From the NCBI GenBank assembly GCA_963771885.1, contig CAVYVF010000023.1, forward strand, positions 416,001 to 480,000: a stretch of 64,000 nt of DNA, in the 5' to 3' direction. Below, piece after piece: positions 31,017 through 40,582 of this stretch. Under the pieces are notes generated by a model that worked only from the letters and a program-made list of their open reading frames with translations, was not told the origin of the DNA and searched no databases. This stretch comes from Candidatus Bathyarchaeota archaeon. Its GTDB lineage: Archaea; Thermoproteota; Bathyarchaeia; TCS64. The position numbers were made by a program, and so were the translations under genes. Numbering within the stretch: the stretch's first letter is position 1; each line of letters starts with the position of its first letter.

Positions 31017-32477
31017 GTGTCAGTGATGGTTTTCCGTGACAAGTTCAAGAACGCGGACACCGCCTTCACCTTCAACGACGTGATTCTCCTCCCCGGCTGG
31101 ACGACCCTCGAGCCCAACGAGGCGACAACGAAGACCCAGCTTACGAGTAAGATCACGCTAAATATGCCGTTCCTGAGCAGTCCGATGGACACAGTCACCG
31201 AGTCCGACATGGCGATCGCCATGGCGCGTAACGGTGCACTCGGCGTCCTCCACAGGAACTGCAGCGCGGAGGAGGAGGTGGACATGGCGCGCCGCGTGAA
31301 ACGCGCCGAGGCAGTCATAATCAGGGACGTGGTGACGGTCACCCCCGACACCACGGTAGGTGAGCTCCTCAAGCTTATGGAGGAACATCACATCAAAGGC
31401 TTCCCCGTCGTCGGTAGGGGCAGCAAGCTCGTGGGTATCGCAACTTGGCGCGACGTGCGCCTCGCCGAGCAGACCCTCAAGGTCAGGGACATAATGACTA
31501 AGAAGGTCGTCACAGGCGCGGAGGATATAACCCTCGACGAGGCGAAGCAGGTCCTCCACAAGCACAAAATTGAGAAGCTCCCCATCGTCGACGCGGAGAA
31601 GCACGTCAAGGGGCTGATAACGATGAAGGACATCACCCTCAAGGGCGACTTCCCCGACGCGATACGCGACGAGGAGGGACGCCTAATCTGCGCCGCCGCA
31701 GTGAGCCCCTTCGACCTCGAACGCGCCAAGGTTCTCGACAAGTATGTCGATATAATCTTCACCGACGTCGCCCACTTCCACAACAAAAACTGCTTCGACG
31801 CTGCCAAGAAACTCATCAAGGAGGTAAACGCCGAGGTCATCGTAGGCAACATTGGTACATACGAAGCCGCGGTGGACTGTATCACTAAACTCGATGGTTT
31901 AGCGGGCGTCAAGTGTGGCATCGGCTCCGGCTCCATATGCTCTACCAGCGTCGTGACCCGCGCAGGTGCGCCTACGCTTTTCGCCACGAGCAACGCCGCG
32001 GACGCGGTGCGGGACCACAAGTCGAAGATTAGCATCATCGCAGACGGCGGGCTCCGCAACCCCGGAGACATCGCCGTCGCCTTAAGCGTCGGCGCGAACG
32101 CAGCTATGATGGGCAACGTCTTTGCCGGCTGTAGCGAGTCCCCTGGACGCCTCGTCGCCATGGAGGGACGCTACTATAAGGAGTACTATGGGATGGGTAG
32201 CGCACGTGCACGCAAGAAGCGGTTCGCACAGGACCGCTATAGCCAGCCCAGTAAGGCAATAAATGAGGGCGTCGAGGGCTGGGTCCCTTACAGGGGCCCT
32301 GTAGCCGACATCATTCACGAGTACGTTGGCGGGCTCAAGGCGGCGATGGGCTACATTGGGGCAGCGGACCTCCCCCAGATGTGGGAGAAGGCTCGCCTCG
32401 CACTCGTCACCGAGCGCGGAGCACAGGAGATCGCTCCACATGATGTTATGACCCCCGGCCCCAATCGCCTCCTCTAG
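31017..32477 (+). CDS. guaB: IMP dehydrogenase with CBS pair
   Basis: TFNDVILLP, SSPMDTVTE, GIGSGSICST, ADGG, YYGMGS, EGVEG. Confidence 0.96.
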   Translation: MSVMVFRDKFKNADTAFTFNDVILLPGWTTLEPNEATTKTQLTSKITLNMPFLSSPMDTVTESDMAIAMARNGALGVLHRNCSAEEEVDMARRVKRAEAVIIRDVVTVTPDTTVGELLKLMEEHHIKGFPVVGRGSKLVGIATWRDVRLAEQTLKVRDIMTKKVVTGAEDITLDEAKQVLHKHKIEKLPIVDAEKHVKGLITMKDITLKGDFPDAIRDEEGRLICAAAVSPFDLERAKVLDKYVDIIFTDVAHFHNKNCFDAAKKLIKEVNAEVIVGNIGTYEAAVDCITKLDGLAGVKCGIGSGSICSTSVVTRAGAPTLFATSNAADAVRDHKSKISIIADGGLRNPGDIAVALSVGANAAMMGNVFAGCSESPGRLVAMEGRYYKEYYGMGSARARKKRFAQDRYSQPSKAINEGVEGWVPYRGPVADIIHEYVGGLKAAMGYIGAADLPQMWEKARLALVTERGAQEIAPHDVMTPGPNRLL

Positions 32478-32568
32478 TGTTTCTTTAAACGTGTAAATCC
32501 TACCCCCAGTTTGGGGGCAAGTTCTAATACCGAGACACGGAGCCAATCCCAGCAAGGGAGTCATAGGC

Positions 32569-33174
32569 ATGATCAAGCGCGCCCTCATCAGTGTCTCCGA
32601 CAAATCAGGCCTCGAGGAACTAGTCAAGGCTCTCGGCGCCATTGGCGCAGAGATCGTTAGCAGCGGTGGGACCGCTAAGAAGATCAAGGAACTCGGCCAC
32701 GGGAAGCTCACAGAGGTAGGCGACTACACAGGCCACCCCGAGAGCCCCGGGGGGCTCCTCAAGACGCTCCACCCACGCGTCCACGGAGGACTCCTCCTCA
32801 GCAGAGACGTCACCGAGCATAGAGAGTTCATGGATAAGCACGGCATCAAGCCCTTCGAGATGGTCGTCGTCAACCTCTACCCATTCGAGGCTACGGTTGC
32901 TAAAGGAGCAGGTTTCCTCGAAGCGGCGGAGAACATCGACATCGGGGGCCCCACCATGATACGAAGCGCGGCGAAGGCGGCGCTCCTCTACGGGAAGGTC
33001 GCCGTCGTCACCGACCCAAAGCAGTATCCACAGATCATCAAGGCACTTAATGATAACAAGGGCGAGATAGGGAAAGCGCTTATTAGAGAATTGGCTGAGG
33101 CTGCCTTCCGCAGAACAGCAGCCTACGACTCAGCTATCACAGCATACCTGGAGAAGGAGGGTAAGATGAAGTGA
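32569..33174 (+). CDS. purH: PurH N-terminal IMP cyclohydrolase (MGS-like) domain as a separate gene
   Basis: RALISVSDK, KTLHPRVHGGLL, VVNLYPF, NIDIGGPTMIRSAAK, TAAYDSAI. Confidence 0.92.
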   Translation: MIKRALISVSDKSGLEELVKALGAIGAEIVSSGGTAKKIKELGHGKLTEVGDYTGHPESPGGLLKTLHPRVHGGLLLSRDVTEHREFMDKHGIKPFEMVVVNLYPFEATVAKGAGFLEAAENIDIGGPTMIRSAAKAALLYGKVAVVTDPKQYPQIIKALNDNKGEIGKALIRELAEAAFRRTAAYDSAITAYLEKEGKMK

Positions 33175-34235
33175 GCATAAAGAAGCTATATCGGACGAAA
33201 GTTGAGGAGACATTCCCCGAGAAGATCAAGATCACAATCGGTGATAGGGAGATGGAGTACCACAAGGCGCAGAGCCTCAGGTACGGCGAGAACCCGCACC
33301 AGCCGGCAGCCTACTACGCCCCCGTCGAGGGAAAACTGACTGTTGGCGCCATGAAGATACTCAAGACGGGCAAGGGCGGGCTCAGCAGGACGAACATCGA
33401 GGACATGAACAACGCGATGAACATCGTCCGCTACTTCGACGACGCCGCGTGTGCCATCATGAAGCACGTCAATCCAAGCGGCGTAGCTGCCGCCCGCAAA
33501 GGCGACAGCCTCAAGAATGTCTTTAAGCGAGCTTGGGACAGCGACCCTGTCGCCGCATTCGGTTGTGTTGCAGGCTTCAACAAACCCGTAGACGTCGAGA
33601 CAGCCACCGAGATCATGAATAACTACTGCGAGGCAGTCGTCGCCCCCGGCTTTGCCCCCGAGACGATGCCCATCTTCGAGCAGAAGAAGGATATACGAAT
33701 CATCCAGATCGACAACATCTACGCTGGGAGCAGATTTGTCGGAGAGCCCCCCGAACCTCTAGTCATCAGTACCATGGCTGACGGTAGCTTCGTCCTCAGC
33801 ACCCCCATGCTTACAAGGATCAAGAGCGTCAACGACCTCCGCTGGGTCACCGAGAGGAAGGGAACTGAGAAGGAGACGAAGGACCTAATCTTCTCATGGT
33901 ATGTGAACCTCAACGTCAGGAGCAACGGCGTCGTCCTCGCAGATGACCGCCAGACGCTCGGAGTCGGCACGGGGCAGCAGGACCGCGTCATCGCTGTTAG
34001 GCAGGCGCTGCAGAAGGCGGAGGAGCGCGGACACAAGGACAGACTCAAGGACGCCGTCCTAGCCAGCGACGGCTTCTTCCCATTCCGCGACAGCATCGAC
34101 GCCCTAGCCAAGCACGGCATCAAAGCATGCTGCCAACCCGGGGGAAGTGTAAAAGACGATGAGGTCATAGCCGCCTGCAACGAGCACGGCATCGCCATGG
34201 CATTCACCGACGAGCGGTGCTTCCGCCACTTTTAG
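33171..34235 (+). CDS. purH: PurH C-terminal AICAR transformylase domain as a separate gene
   Basis: LRYGENPHQ, KHVNPSG, RSNG, G.GQQDRV, ASDGFFPF.D, QPGGS, RHF; GTGA overlap with upstream stop. Confidence 0.92.
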   Translation: MSIKKLYRTKVEETFPEKIKITIGDREMEYHKAQSLRYGENPHQPAAYYAPVEGKLTVGAMKILKTGKGGLSRTNIEDMNNAMNIVRYFDDAACAIMKHVNPSGVAAARKGDSLKNVFKRAWDSDPVAAFGCVAGFNKPVDVETATEIMNNYCEAVVAPGFAPETMPIFEQKKDIRIIQIDNIYAGSRFVGEPPEPLVISTMADGSFVLSTPMLTRIKSVNDLRWVTERKGTEKETKDLIFSWYVNLNVRSNGVVLADDRQTLGVGTGQQDRVIAVRQALQKAEERGHKDRLKDAVLASDGFFPFRDSIDALAKHGIKACCQPGGSVKDDEVIAACNEHGIAMAFTDERCFRHF

Positions 34236-34273
34236 CCCCCATTTTAAAATACTTCCCCTAGCACCCGCTAGCT

Positions 34274-35059
34274 ATGAAGAGCGAATCCATCAAAGCAGGT
34301 CAATACAATCTCTCATACACCTACCATCAGGGCAAGAAGCCACTCACGATCCTGCCCATCCACGGGCTCGGCGGCTCCAAGGATTACTGGCAGCTCATCC
34401 ACAACTACTCCGAGCTGACACAGTACAACATACTAGTCCCCGACCTCGTCGGCTACGGCGACTCCCAGCCTCCGCCGAAAGGTTTCAATTACACGATGAG
34501 GGAGCAGGCTGCCGCTATCAAGGCTCTCATTGACGTACTCGCCGTCAAGGGTGACCTCCTCCTCATCCCCCATAGCATGGGTGGGCCCATAGGCATCTAC
34601 ACCGCGGAGCTGCTCGGCTCACGCGTCAAGGGCATCGTCTACTGTGAGGGCAACATCGACTTCGATGACTGCTTCGGAAGCAACCTCGTCATAACCAAGT
34701 ACACCTTTGAAGAGTACATAGCGACGGGCTTCGAGAAAGGTCTGAACGCGATGAGGAAAAGGGGTGAGCACCCTGGTATAATCCAGAGCCAGGCTAAAGC
34801 GGGAGCCGTTACAATTTACCGCAGCAGCGAGGACCTAGTTAAAGTGTCTAAAGAGGACAAGCTCGCGGGCGAGCTAAAAGCGCTCAACGTTCCGACGCTC
34901 GTTGTCTACGGAGAGAAGAACAAAGGACTCTGGACGAGCGAGGCTAAGATGGCAGCCCTCTTCCCTCTCGTCTACACACCGGGGGCAGCCCACGTGATGA
35001 TGGTGGACAACCCCGACCACTTCTATAGCGAGGTCGCTAGGTTCGCCAAGGGACTCTAA
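34274..35059 (+). CDS. Alpha/beta hydrolase
   Basis: IHGLG, PDLVGYGDS, HSMGG, C-terminal His (GAAH). Confidence 0.88.
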   Translation: MKSESIKAGQYNLSYTYHQGKKPLTILPIHGLGGSKDYWQLIHNYSELTQYNILVPDLVGYGDSQPPPKGFNYTMREQAAAIKALIDVLAVKGDLLLIPHSMGGPIGIYTAELLGSRVKGIVYCEGNIDFDDCFGSNLVITKYTFEEYIATGFEKGLNAMRKRGEHPGIIQSQAKAGAVTIYRSSEDLVKVSKEDKLAGELKALNVPTLVVYGEKNKGLWTSEAKMAALFPLVYTPGAAHVMMVDNPDHFYSEVARFAKGL

Positions 35060-36399
35060 GCCCTCGAAAGCGGGCTCGTGCTACAGTGTGGCCCACCAAG
35101 TAGGTCGAGGTAACTGTCCTCCCACTCACGCACCTTTATCCCATTCTCTCGGAGAATGGCGATGGTCTTTCTATTCCTCTCGTAGGCGATGACCGTCTTC
35201 GGGCGTGTTGCGACGATGTTACCCGCTCCGCGTGCCTGCTCAAGGAATGCGGAGTAGAGGTGATTCACGTCGTTCTCCTTCTCAGGCAACCCGCCGACGT
35301 ACATCAACCCGTCAGCGTCGAGCTTTCCCTCCTTGACGAGGAAGTCTATTAGGCTCACCTCGGTGCGCAGTGATTCGGGCTTACCACCCTTGTTGACATA
35401 TATGGTGGTCCTGCCGCTGTGCCTGAAGCCGTCGGGGTGGATCAACGGTCCCATGGGGCGGTAGTCAGCGTCGCTCTGTGCTCGTAGCGCCTCTAGCGTC
35501 TTGAGCAGCAGCCTCTTAGGCGGCATCCCCTTGACGACATCAGTGTCCCAGACGTAGGGCATCACAAGCGCGCGCCTCTCATCGGGGTAGTTGATGGTGA
35601 CGTCGAGGTGCATGTAGTCGAGGGCGGGGTAGTCGGGGAGCTGAACTGCGCAGACGTATCTTATCTTTCCCTCGCGGTCGTGCCTGAACAGTTCCTCGGC
35701 GCAGCGCTTGATTCCGGTGAGGGTGCTTCTCTGCCCCATGCCGATTGCCACAGTCTCATGGTCAACGATGTGGGTATCCCCGCCCTCCACGTTCGGCGGC
35801 TCAGTTGAGACGCTCTCCGCCTCATTCGCATCCCATACTATCTCCACGTGCTTGGAGAGTGTCGGGTCGAGTTCATAGGCGAGCTTTACGACCTTGACCT
35901 CGTGGCGCCTGCTGTATCGACGCATGTTGCAGATGACTGTCCCAACCTGTGTTGTGAAGCTGGTGTCCCTGCTGTAGGGCCAGGCAACTCGGCGGAAGTC
36001 AGGGAGGACGACCCTGTCGCCTTTCGCGTCGTAGTAGGGTGCCTCGGGGTAGCCGTAGATTAGGTGCTCGAGTTTCAGCTCTTCGGGCTTAGGCTCGGAG
36101 GGGAAGCCCTCCCATATCTCGTTGATTATCTCCTTCTTCTCCTTGAGCGTCGCCTTCCCCAGCGCCTTGGCGAGGATATCCTTAACCTCGAAGACCTTTA
36201 CACCCTCCTCCCCTAGAATCTTCGGCAACTGAAGCCATTGTTCGTGCCCGCCCTCCATCTGGGGGTGCACGCACCGCGGGAGGTACTGCAGATTAGACTC
36301 TATGCCCTCGAAGGGGAGCCTCTTCTCCCAGAAGGACTCGACACTATCCTGGATGAGCACCGCGTCGAGCTTTCCGCACTCGGAGTTGACCGTCCACAT
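35056..36399 (-). CDS. Arginine deiminase/amidinotransferase family protein
   Basis: VNSECGKL, YSRD, VEGGD, MHLD, GGPHCSTSPL.R. Confidence 0.88.
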   Translation of the reverse strand: MWTVNSECGKLDAVLIQDSVESFWEKRLPFEGIESNLQYLPRCVHPQMEGGHEQWLQLPKILGEEGVKVFEVKDILAKALGKATLKEKKEIINEIWEGFPSEPKPEELKLEHLIYGYPEAPYYDAKGDRVVLPDFRRVAWPYSRDTSFTTQVGTVICNMRRYSRRHEVKVVKLAYELDPTLSKHVEIVWDANEAESVSTEPPNVEGGDTHIVDHETVAIGMGQRSTLTGIKRCAEELFRHDREGKIRYVCAVQLPDYPALDYMHLDVTINYPDERRALVMPYVWDTDVVKGMPPKRLLLKTLEALRAQSDADYRPMGPLIHPDGFRHSGRTTIYVNKGGKPESLRTEVSLIDFLVKEGKLDADGLMYVGGLPEKENDVNHLYSAFLEQARGAGNIVATRPKTVIAYERNRKTIAILRENGIKVREWEDSYLDLLGGPHCSTSPLSRA

Positions 36400-36439
36400 G
36401 CACTAGAATCGGGTGACTCCCGGTAAAACGGTTTGCAGC

Positions 36440-37651
36440 CTAGTCTATCACGACGTTGCCATAGGTCTCCCTCGTGTAGCGGAGGAGGACGACGAACGTC
36501 ACCGAGGCTATGGCTATGCTGAGGAGACCAGGTATGAAGAAGCTACCAGTTACGTCGACGAGGCTCCCGTAGAGGGGCGTCATTATGCTGCTGAATATGA
36601 TGCTTAAGCCGTTGAGGAGGCCGAGTCCTATGGTCGCCTTCTTCGAGGGCAGAACCTCGCCCACCATCGTGAAGTAGAGTACCCAGATGCTGTTGCCGAC
36701 GCCCATTAGGAACCAGACCGCAGCGTAAACGGCGAATGGGTACCCTGCAGGGACGAGGACTATCGAGACGAGTGCGAGCACGAATAGGCCAAAGAAGACG
36801 ACGAGGGGTGTCTTCCTCTTCCTGAGCCTGTCACTTACAAAGCCCATAACGAGGCAGCCAATGAATCCGGCGACTGTGCCTAAGCTAGATATGAAGCCCG
36901 CCTCGACATATGTCAGTCCCTTCGCCTCAATGAGGAACTGCGTGCCCCATGATAGTATGACGTAGTTAAACGCAAGCAGAGTGTAGGCGACGAGCATCGG
37001 CTGGAACCGCCGGTCAGATAGTGTTTCCTTGAAGGAGGCGATGACGTCCCTAATGGTCCTCTTAACCAATGTCACGGGAACGGGGCTGTCCTTGAGGACG
37101 AATATGTTGAGGATCCAGTTGATGACGAGCACTGCGAGCATGACCAGGTATAAGTCTCTCCAGTTGCCCCAGATGGAGGCGGCGAGTGGAAAGCCCATGT
37201 AACTTGTGAAGGCTCCTATGCCGCTCGCGGCACTGAGGACGCTTATCGCAGTCGCCTTCTTCTCTGGTGGGAACCAGCGTGCTACAATTGTGACGGCGTT
37301 TATGTAAAAGACGCTCGTGCCGACCCCCATTATCATCTGAGCCGCTAGGAGCAGCTCGTACCGGTAGCTCATCCAGAAGAGGCCTCCACCGATGCAGGTT
37401 AGAGCGGTGAACCAGAGTATCGCCTTGCGTGGTCCCAGAACGTCGGCTAGGACTCCCGATGGGAACTGCATGATGCCGTAGATTAGGAAGTAACCTGTGA
37501 TTAGGAGCCCCATCGAGCCGCGGCTGATCCCGAGCTCGGTGATGAGCACTGGGGTGAGCGCCGAGGCGGCACTTCGCAGGAAGTTCTCCACGTAGTATGT
37601 GAGGCACACTGCCGCGAGTATGGTGAGCGCTAGACGCCTATTCAGCTCCAA
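36440..37651 (-). CDS. MFS transporter
   Basis: About 12 TM segments, GVLADVLGPRK, RWFPPE, GFVSDRLRKRK. Confidence 0.9.
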   Translation of the reverse strand: MELNRRLALTILAAVCLTYYVENFLRSAASALTPVLITELGISRGSMGLLITGYFLIYGIMQFPSGVLADVLGPRKAILWFTALTCIGGGLFWMSYRYELLLAAQMIMGVGTSVFYINAVTIVARWFPPEKKATAISVLSAASGIGAFTSYMGFPLAASIWGNWRDLYLVMLAVLVINWILNIFVLKDSPVPVTLVKRTIRDVIASFKETLSDRRFQPMLVAYTLLAFNYVILSWGTQFLIEAKGLTYVEAGFISSLGTVAGFIGCLVMGFVSDRLRKRKTPLVVFFGLFVLALVSIVLVPAGYPFAVYAAVWFLMGVGNSIWVLYFTMVGEVLPSKKATIGLGLLNGLSIIFSSIMTPLYGSLVDVTGSFFIPGLLSIAIASVTFVVLLRYTRETYGNVVID

Positions 37652-37760
37652 GGTCTCAAGTAGGTATCAGCCACTCCGATAAATACGGATCGAAAAAAGT
37701 AATTGTCAACCTTACCCGTGAGGTCGAACCTTCTTATCTTCCGATCAAGTAGAATCAATT

Positions 37761-38486
37761 ATGGAGGATCTATCCTACACCCGGGTCCTCGCGGATGACG
37801 CGGCGGAGCACGAGGCGTGTCCCCTTAAGTGGGACTGCGAGAACTGCACGAAGACACTCTGCGTCCACCTAGTCTCGGTCGCTGACTTCCCCAGCCTCTT
37901 TGGCCACTTCAGGATCCTCGGTTTCACAAACAACAAGGACGGCAGGGACCACACGATGGTCGTCAAGGGCGATGTCTCAGGTAAGGAGAATGTGCTGACG
38001 CGTGTGCATAGCAGCTGCCTCACCGGTGACGCCCTCGGTAGCTTGCGCTGCGACTGCGGTCCACAGCTCCGGCGGAGCCTCGCCATGATCGAGGAGGAGG
38101 GCCTCGGCGCGGTCGTCTATATGCAGCAGGAGGGGCGTGGAATAGGGTTGACGAACAAACTGCGCGCCTACATGCTGCAGGACGGGGGTCTCGACACGTA
38201 CGATGCGAATATTGCCCTCGGCTTCCCCGCCGACGAGAGGGACTACGAGGTCACCGCCGCGATGCTGGCGAAGGTGGGCGTCGGCGACATACGCCTTATA
38301 ACAAACAATCCAACCAAGGTCGACTCCCTCCGCAGGTACGGCGTCAGAATAAGAGACATCGTGCCAATCCAGGTTGAGTTAAACAAGTACAATGAGCGCT
38401 ACTTCGACACGAAGAGGGAGCGCTTTGGGCACAGCCTCGACCTTGACGGTAAGCGTGTCCGTGACCCATGCGGCTGCAATCAATAG
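37761..38486 (+). CDS. ribA: GTP cyclohydrolase II
   Basis: RVHSSCLTGD..GSLRCDCGPQL, QEGRGIGL.NK, DERDY, LITNNP.K. Confidence 0.95.
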   Translation: MEDLSYTRVLADDAAEHEACPLKWDCENCTKTLCVHLVSVADFPSLFGHFRILGFTNNKDGRDHTMVVKGDVSGKENVLTRVHSSCLTGDALGSLRCDCGPQLRRSLAMIEEEGLGAVVYMQQEGRGIGLTNKLRAYMLQDGGLDTYDANIALGFPADERDYEVTAAMLAKVGVGDIRLITNNPTKVDSLRRYGVRIRDIVPIQVELNKYNERYFDTKRERFGHSLDLDGKRVRDPCGCNQ

Positions 38487-38538
38487 CCAGCCACACCTAC
38501 CCGCAGACGTTAAACCCCGAAACCGTCCCGTCTAAGCC

Positions 38539-39614
38539 ATGAGTCAGGGCAGGAGGAGTGCCATCAGGGTCAGGAGGGTGGACAAGCCCCCTTATACTAT
38601 CGATCCGGAGAAGGTCAGGAGGTACGACCAGAGGAACCTGATTTTCAACCGCGTTGGCAAGGACTCGAGTTGGGGCGGGTATATGAGGAGCGAGGAGGAG
38701 GTGGGGCTCCGCAACATAGCCAAAGGAAAGCCCGGCTACACCCGTGTCGACTACGCCCTCGCTGAGGCAGCTTGGACTGTCCACGAGTGCTTCCAGGAGG
38801 CGTGGAGCTGGGAGAGGATGGCGCGCCCGCTCGGTCCCAGTCTCATGGGGGATAAGTGGTATGGTAAAAAGTACCGCGTCAGGGATCCCGCTGAGATGGC
38901 GTCGAAGGTAAAGAAGGCTGCTAAGCTCTACGGCGCTAGCCTCGTCGGGGTGGCGGCGTATAACCCGCTTTGGATGCAGGTGAATAATAGGTTTGACCTA
39001 TCCCCTCTGGATATGCCCCAAGAGGTGAAGTGGGTCATCGTGGGCGCCATAGAGATGGATGAGTTAGGGATAGCCACGAGCCCCGAGTCACCCGCTGGTG
39101 CGGCGACCGGTACCGGTTACTCACGTATGGCATTTGTAGCTGCGACGCTTGCGGAGTTCATAAGAAATCTCGGCTATACGGCGGTACCCGCGGGGAACAA
39201 CGTGGGGCTCAGCGTGCCGATGGCGATAGATGCAGGGTTGGGGCAGCTTGGGCGCCACGGGCTCCTCATTACCCCCGAGTATGGGCCGAGAGTACGCCTC
39301 TTCAAGGTCTTCACGGACCTGCCACTCGTCACCTGACAAGCCCGATCGACTTCGGCGTAACCCAGTTCTGCAGGAGCTGCAAGCGCTGCGCCGAGGTATG
39401 CGAGGTCGACGCCATCAGCTTCAAGGACGACCCCGATTGGGAGCCGGCGACGAAGAGTAGCAGTCCCGGGGCGCTCAAGTGGTACATGGATGCGGAGAAG
39501 TGCTTCGAGTACTGGTGCGATAACGGGATGGACTGCAGCACCTGCATAAGCGTCTGCCCCTACACAAAGGGTAGGAGCGAGGCGCACGCCAAGGATTTCT
39601 GGGGCTCCCAGTAG
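38539..39614 (+). CDS. Reductive dehalogenase-like (RdhA/QueG superfamily) cobalamin and 2x[4Fe-4S] protein; two single-base insertions at ~39331 and ~39344
   Basis: AGLGQLGRHGLLITPEYGPRVRL, restored TDLPLVPDKPIDFG, FCRSCKRCAEVC, KC..YW...G.DCSTCISVCPY. Confidence 0.85.
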
Positions 39615-39616
39615 CC

Positions 39617-39621
39617 TTATA
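39617..39621 (+). promoter_or_regulatory. TATA box of rnpB
   Basis: TTATA ending 25 nt before the RNase P RNA 5' end. Confidence 0.5.
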
Positions 39622-39645
39622 GACCTCCCTTCTCTCTACCCTCTT

Positions 39646-39950
39646 GGTCGGTGAGCCGGTGGGCGGCTGCCGGGCCCGTGAGGGTCTGAGGAAACTCCAT
39701 CCACCGAGCAGGGCTGCGACGCTGAAAGGCGTGGCGCGAGAGCGTCGGCTCCGGACAGAAACGACACCTCCCCCGGCAAATGCCGTGAGCCCCGGTCAGG
39801 GGTGAGGACGCCGTGGGGCAGGGGTGAGACGGCCGACCCGCAGGGTGAAAGGGCGAATAGGCGCCGGGTCCCTCCTGCAGGGGGCGCGGGTAGCCCGTAT
39901 AGCTGAATGCTGCCTAGAACAGAAGGTGGGTTACGACCGGCACACCGACC
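39646..39950 (+). ncRNA. rnpB: Archaeal RNase P RNA
   Basis: P1 GGTCGGTG...CACCGACC; conserved GAGGAAACTCC, ACAGAAA, GGGTGAGAC, GAACAGAAGGTGGGTTA. Confidence 0.95.
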
Positions 39951-39980
39951 ACATCATACTGAATACCACTAAAACGTGTT
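39933..39980 (+). repeat. Direct repeat copy 1 (3' end of rnpB plus flank), putative attL
   Basis: ACGACCGGCACACCGACCACATCATACTGAATACCACTAAAACGTGTT; 44/48 identical to 42779-42826. Confidence 0.9.
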
Positions 39981-40018
39981 TGGAGAATCAAGCGCGCGAC
40001 AACTTCACGAGTACGCTT

Positions 40019-40582
40019 CTACCCCTTGTTCGGAACTCGCCTCAGCCGCAAAGCAACGAGATAAAAAATGATTGGAGCCACAACCCAAACAAGCTGCGGT
40101 AAAAGCGTGATATCCGCATCGTTGAAACGGAAGATCACCGGGTTCCACCAATGTGGGACAAATACCCAGCCTGAGTTGCCGACCGCTAGGAGTTCCAAGA
40201 CCAGTTCCTGCAGTCCCCCCCAGATCAGTAACACGACTATTTCTGAAATGCGAAAATGGACGAAATGCGGTGGCCGACAGAGCTTCTTAACTAGGAAGTA
40301 GCCCGCGATGAACAGGCCACCATCCCAGAAACAATGCACTACATGGAGGAGTAAGAGGGGATATGGTATCGGCGTCTTAAGCACATACAAAGGAGTGGTA
40401 GAGAAATTCGGGCCGATGAAGTAGAATGGTATCTCCCAAAGTGAACCAATTATGCATCCAGCCCAATACAGCGTATAGCTGTAAGAGTCTATCTTACCCA
40501 TTTGGCGCAGAAACACTATTAGTAACGGTATGAAGAGGGCGATCGTAATATCAATCCAATAGAAAGTTTGGTCTGCCATCAT
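40019..40582 (-). CDS. Hypothetical integral membrane protein (about 5 TM)
   Basis: Hydrophobic helices with intramembrane polar motifs (LWE, HCFWDGG, QE..LE). Confidence 0.75.
   Translation of the reverse strand: MMADQTFYWIDITIALFIPLLIVFLRQMGKIDSYSYTLYWAGCIIGSLWEIPFYFIGPNFSTTPLYVLKTPIPYPLLLLHVVHCFWDGGLFIAGYFLVKKLCRPPHFVHFRISEIVVLLIWGGLQELVLELLAVGNSGWVFVPHWWNPVIFRFNDADITLLPQLVWVVAPIIFYLVALRLRRVPNKG

Noticed and set aside
32478..32568. ZTP riboswitch upstream of purH
   Set aside because: Only a short CCCCCA-GTT-TGGGGG hairpin is present; the ZTP consensus elements are not recognisable.
31388..32711. Long antisense or alternate-frame ORFs (e.g. 31388-32161, 32082-32711, also 45442-46170 and 60532-61233)
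   Set aside because: They shadow well-supported genes, as expected in GC-rich DNA, and show no recognisable motifs.
39334..39336. TGA as selenocysteine or readthrough in the RdhA-like gene
   Set aside because: The TGA arises only from the shifted frame; the conserved PDKPIDFG continues in other frames.
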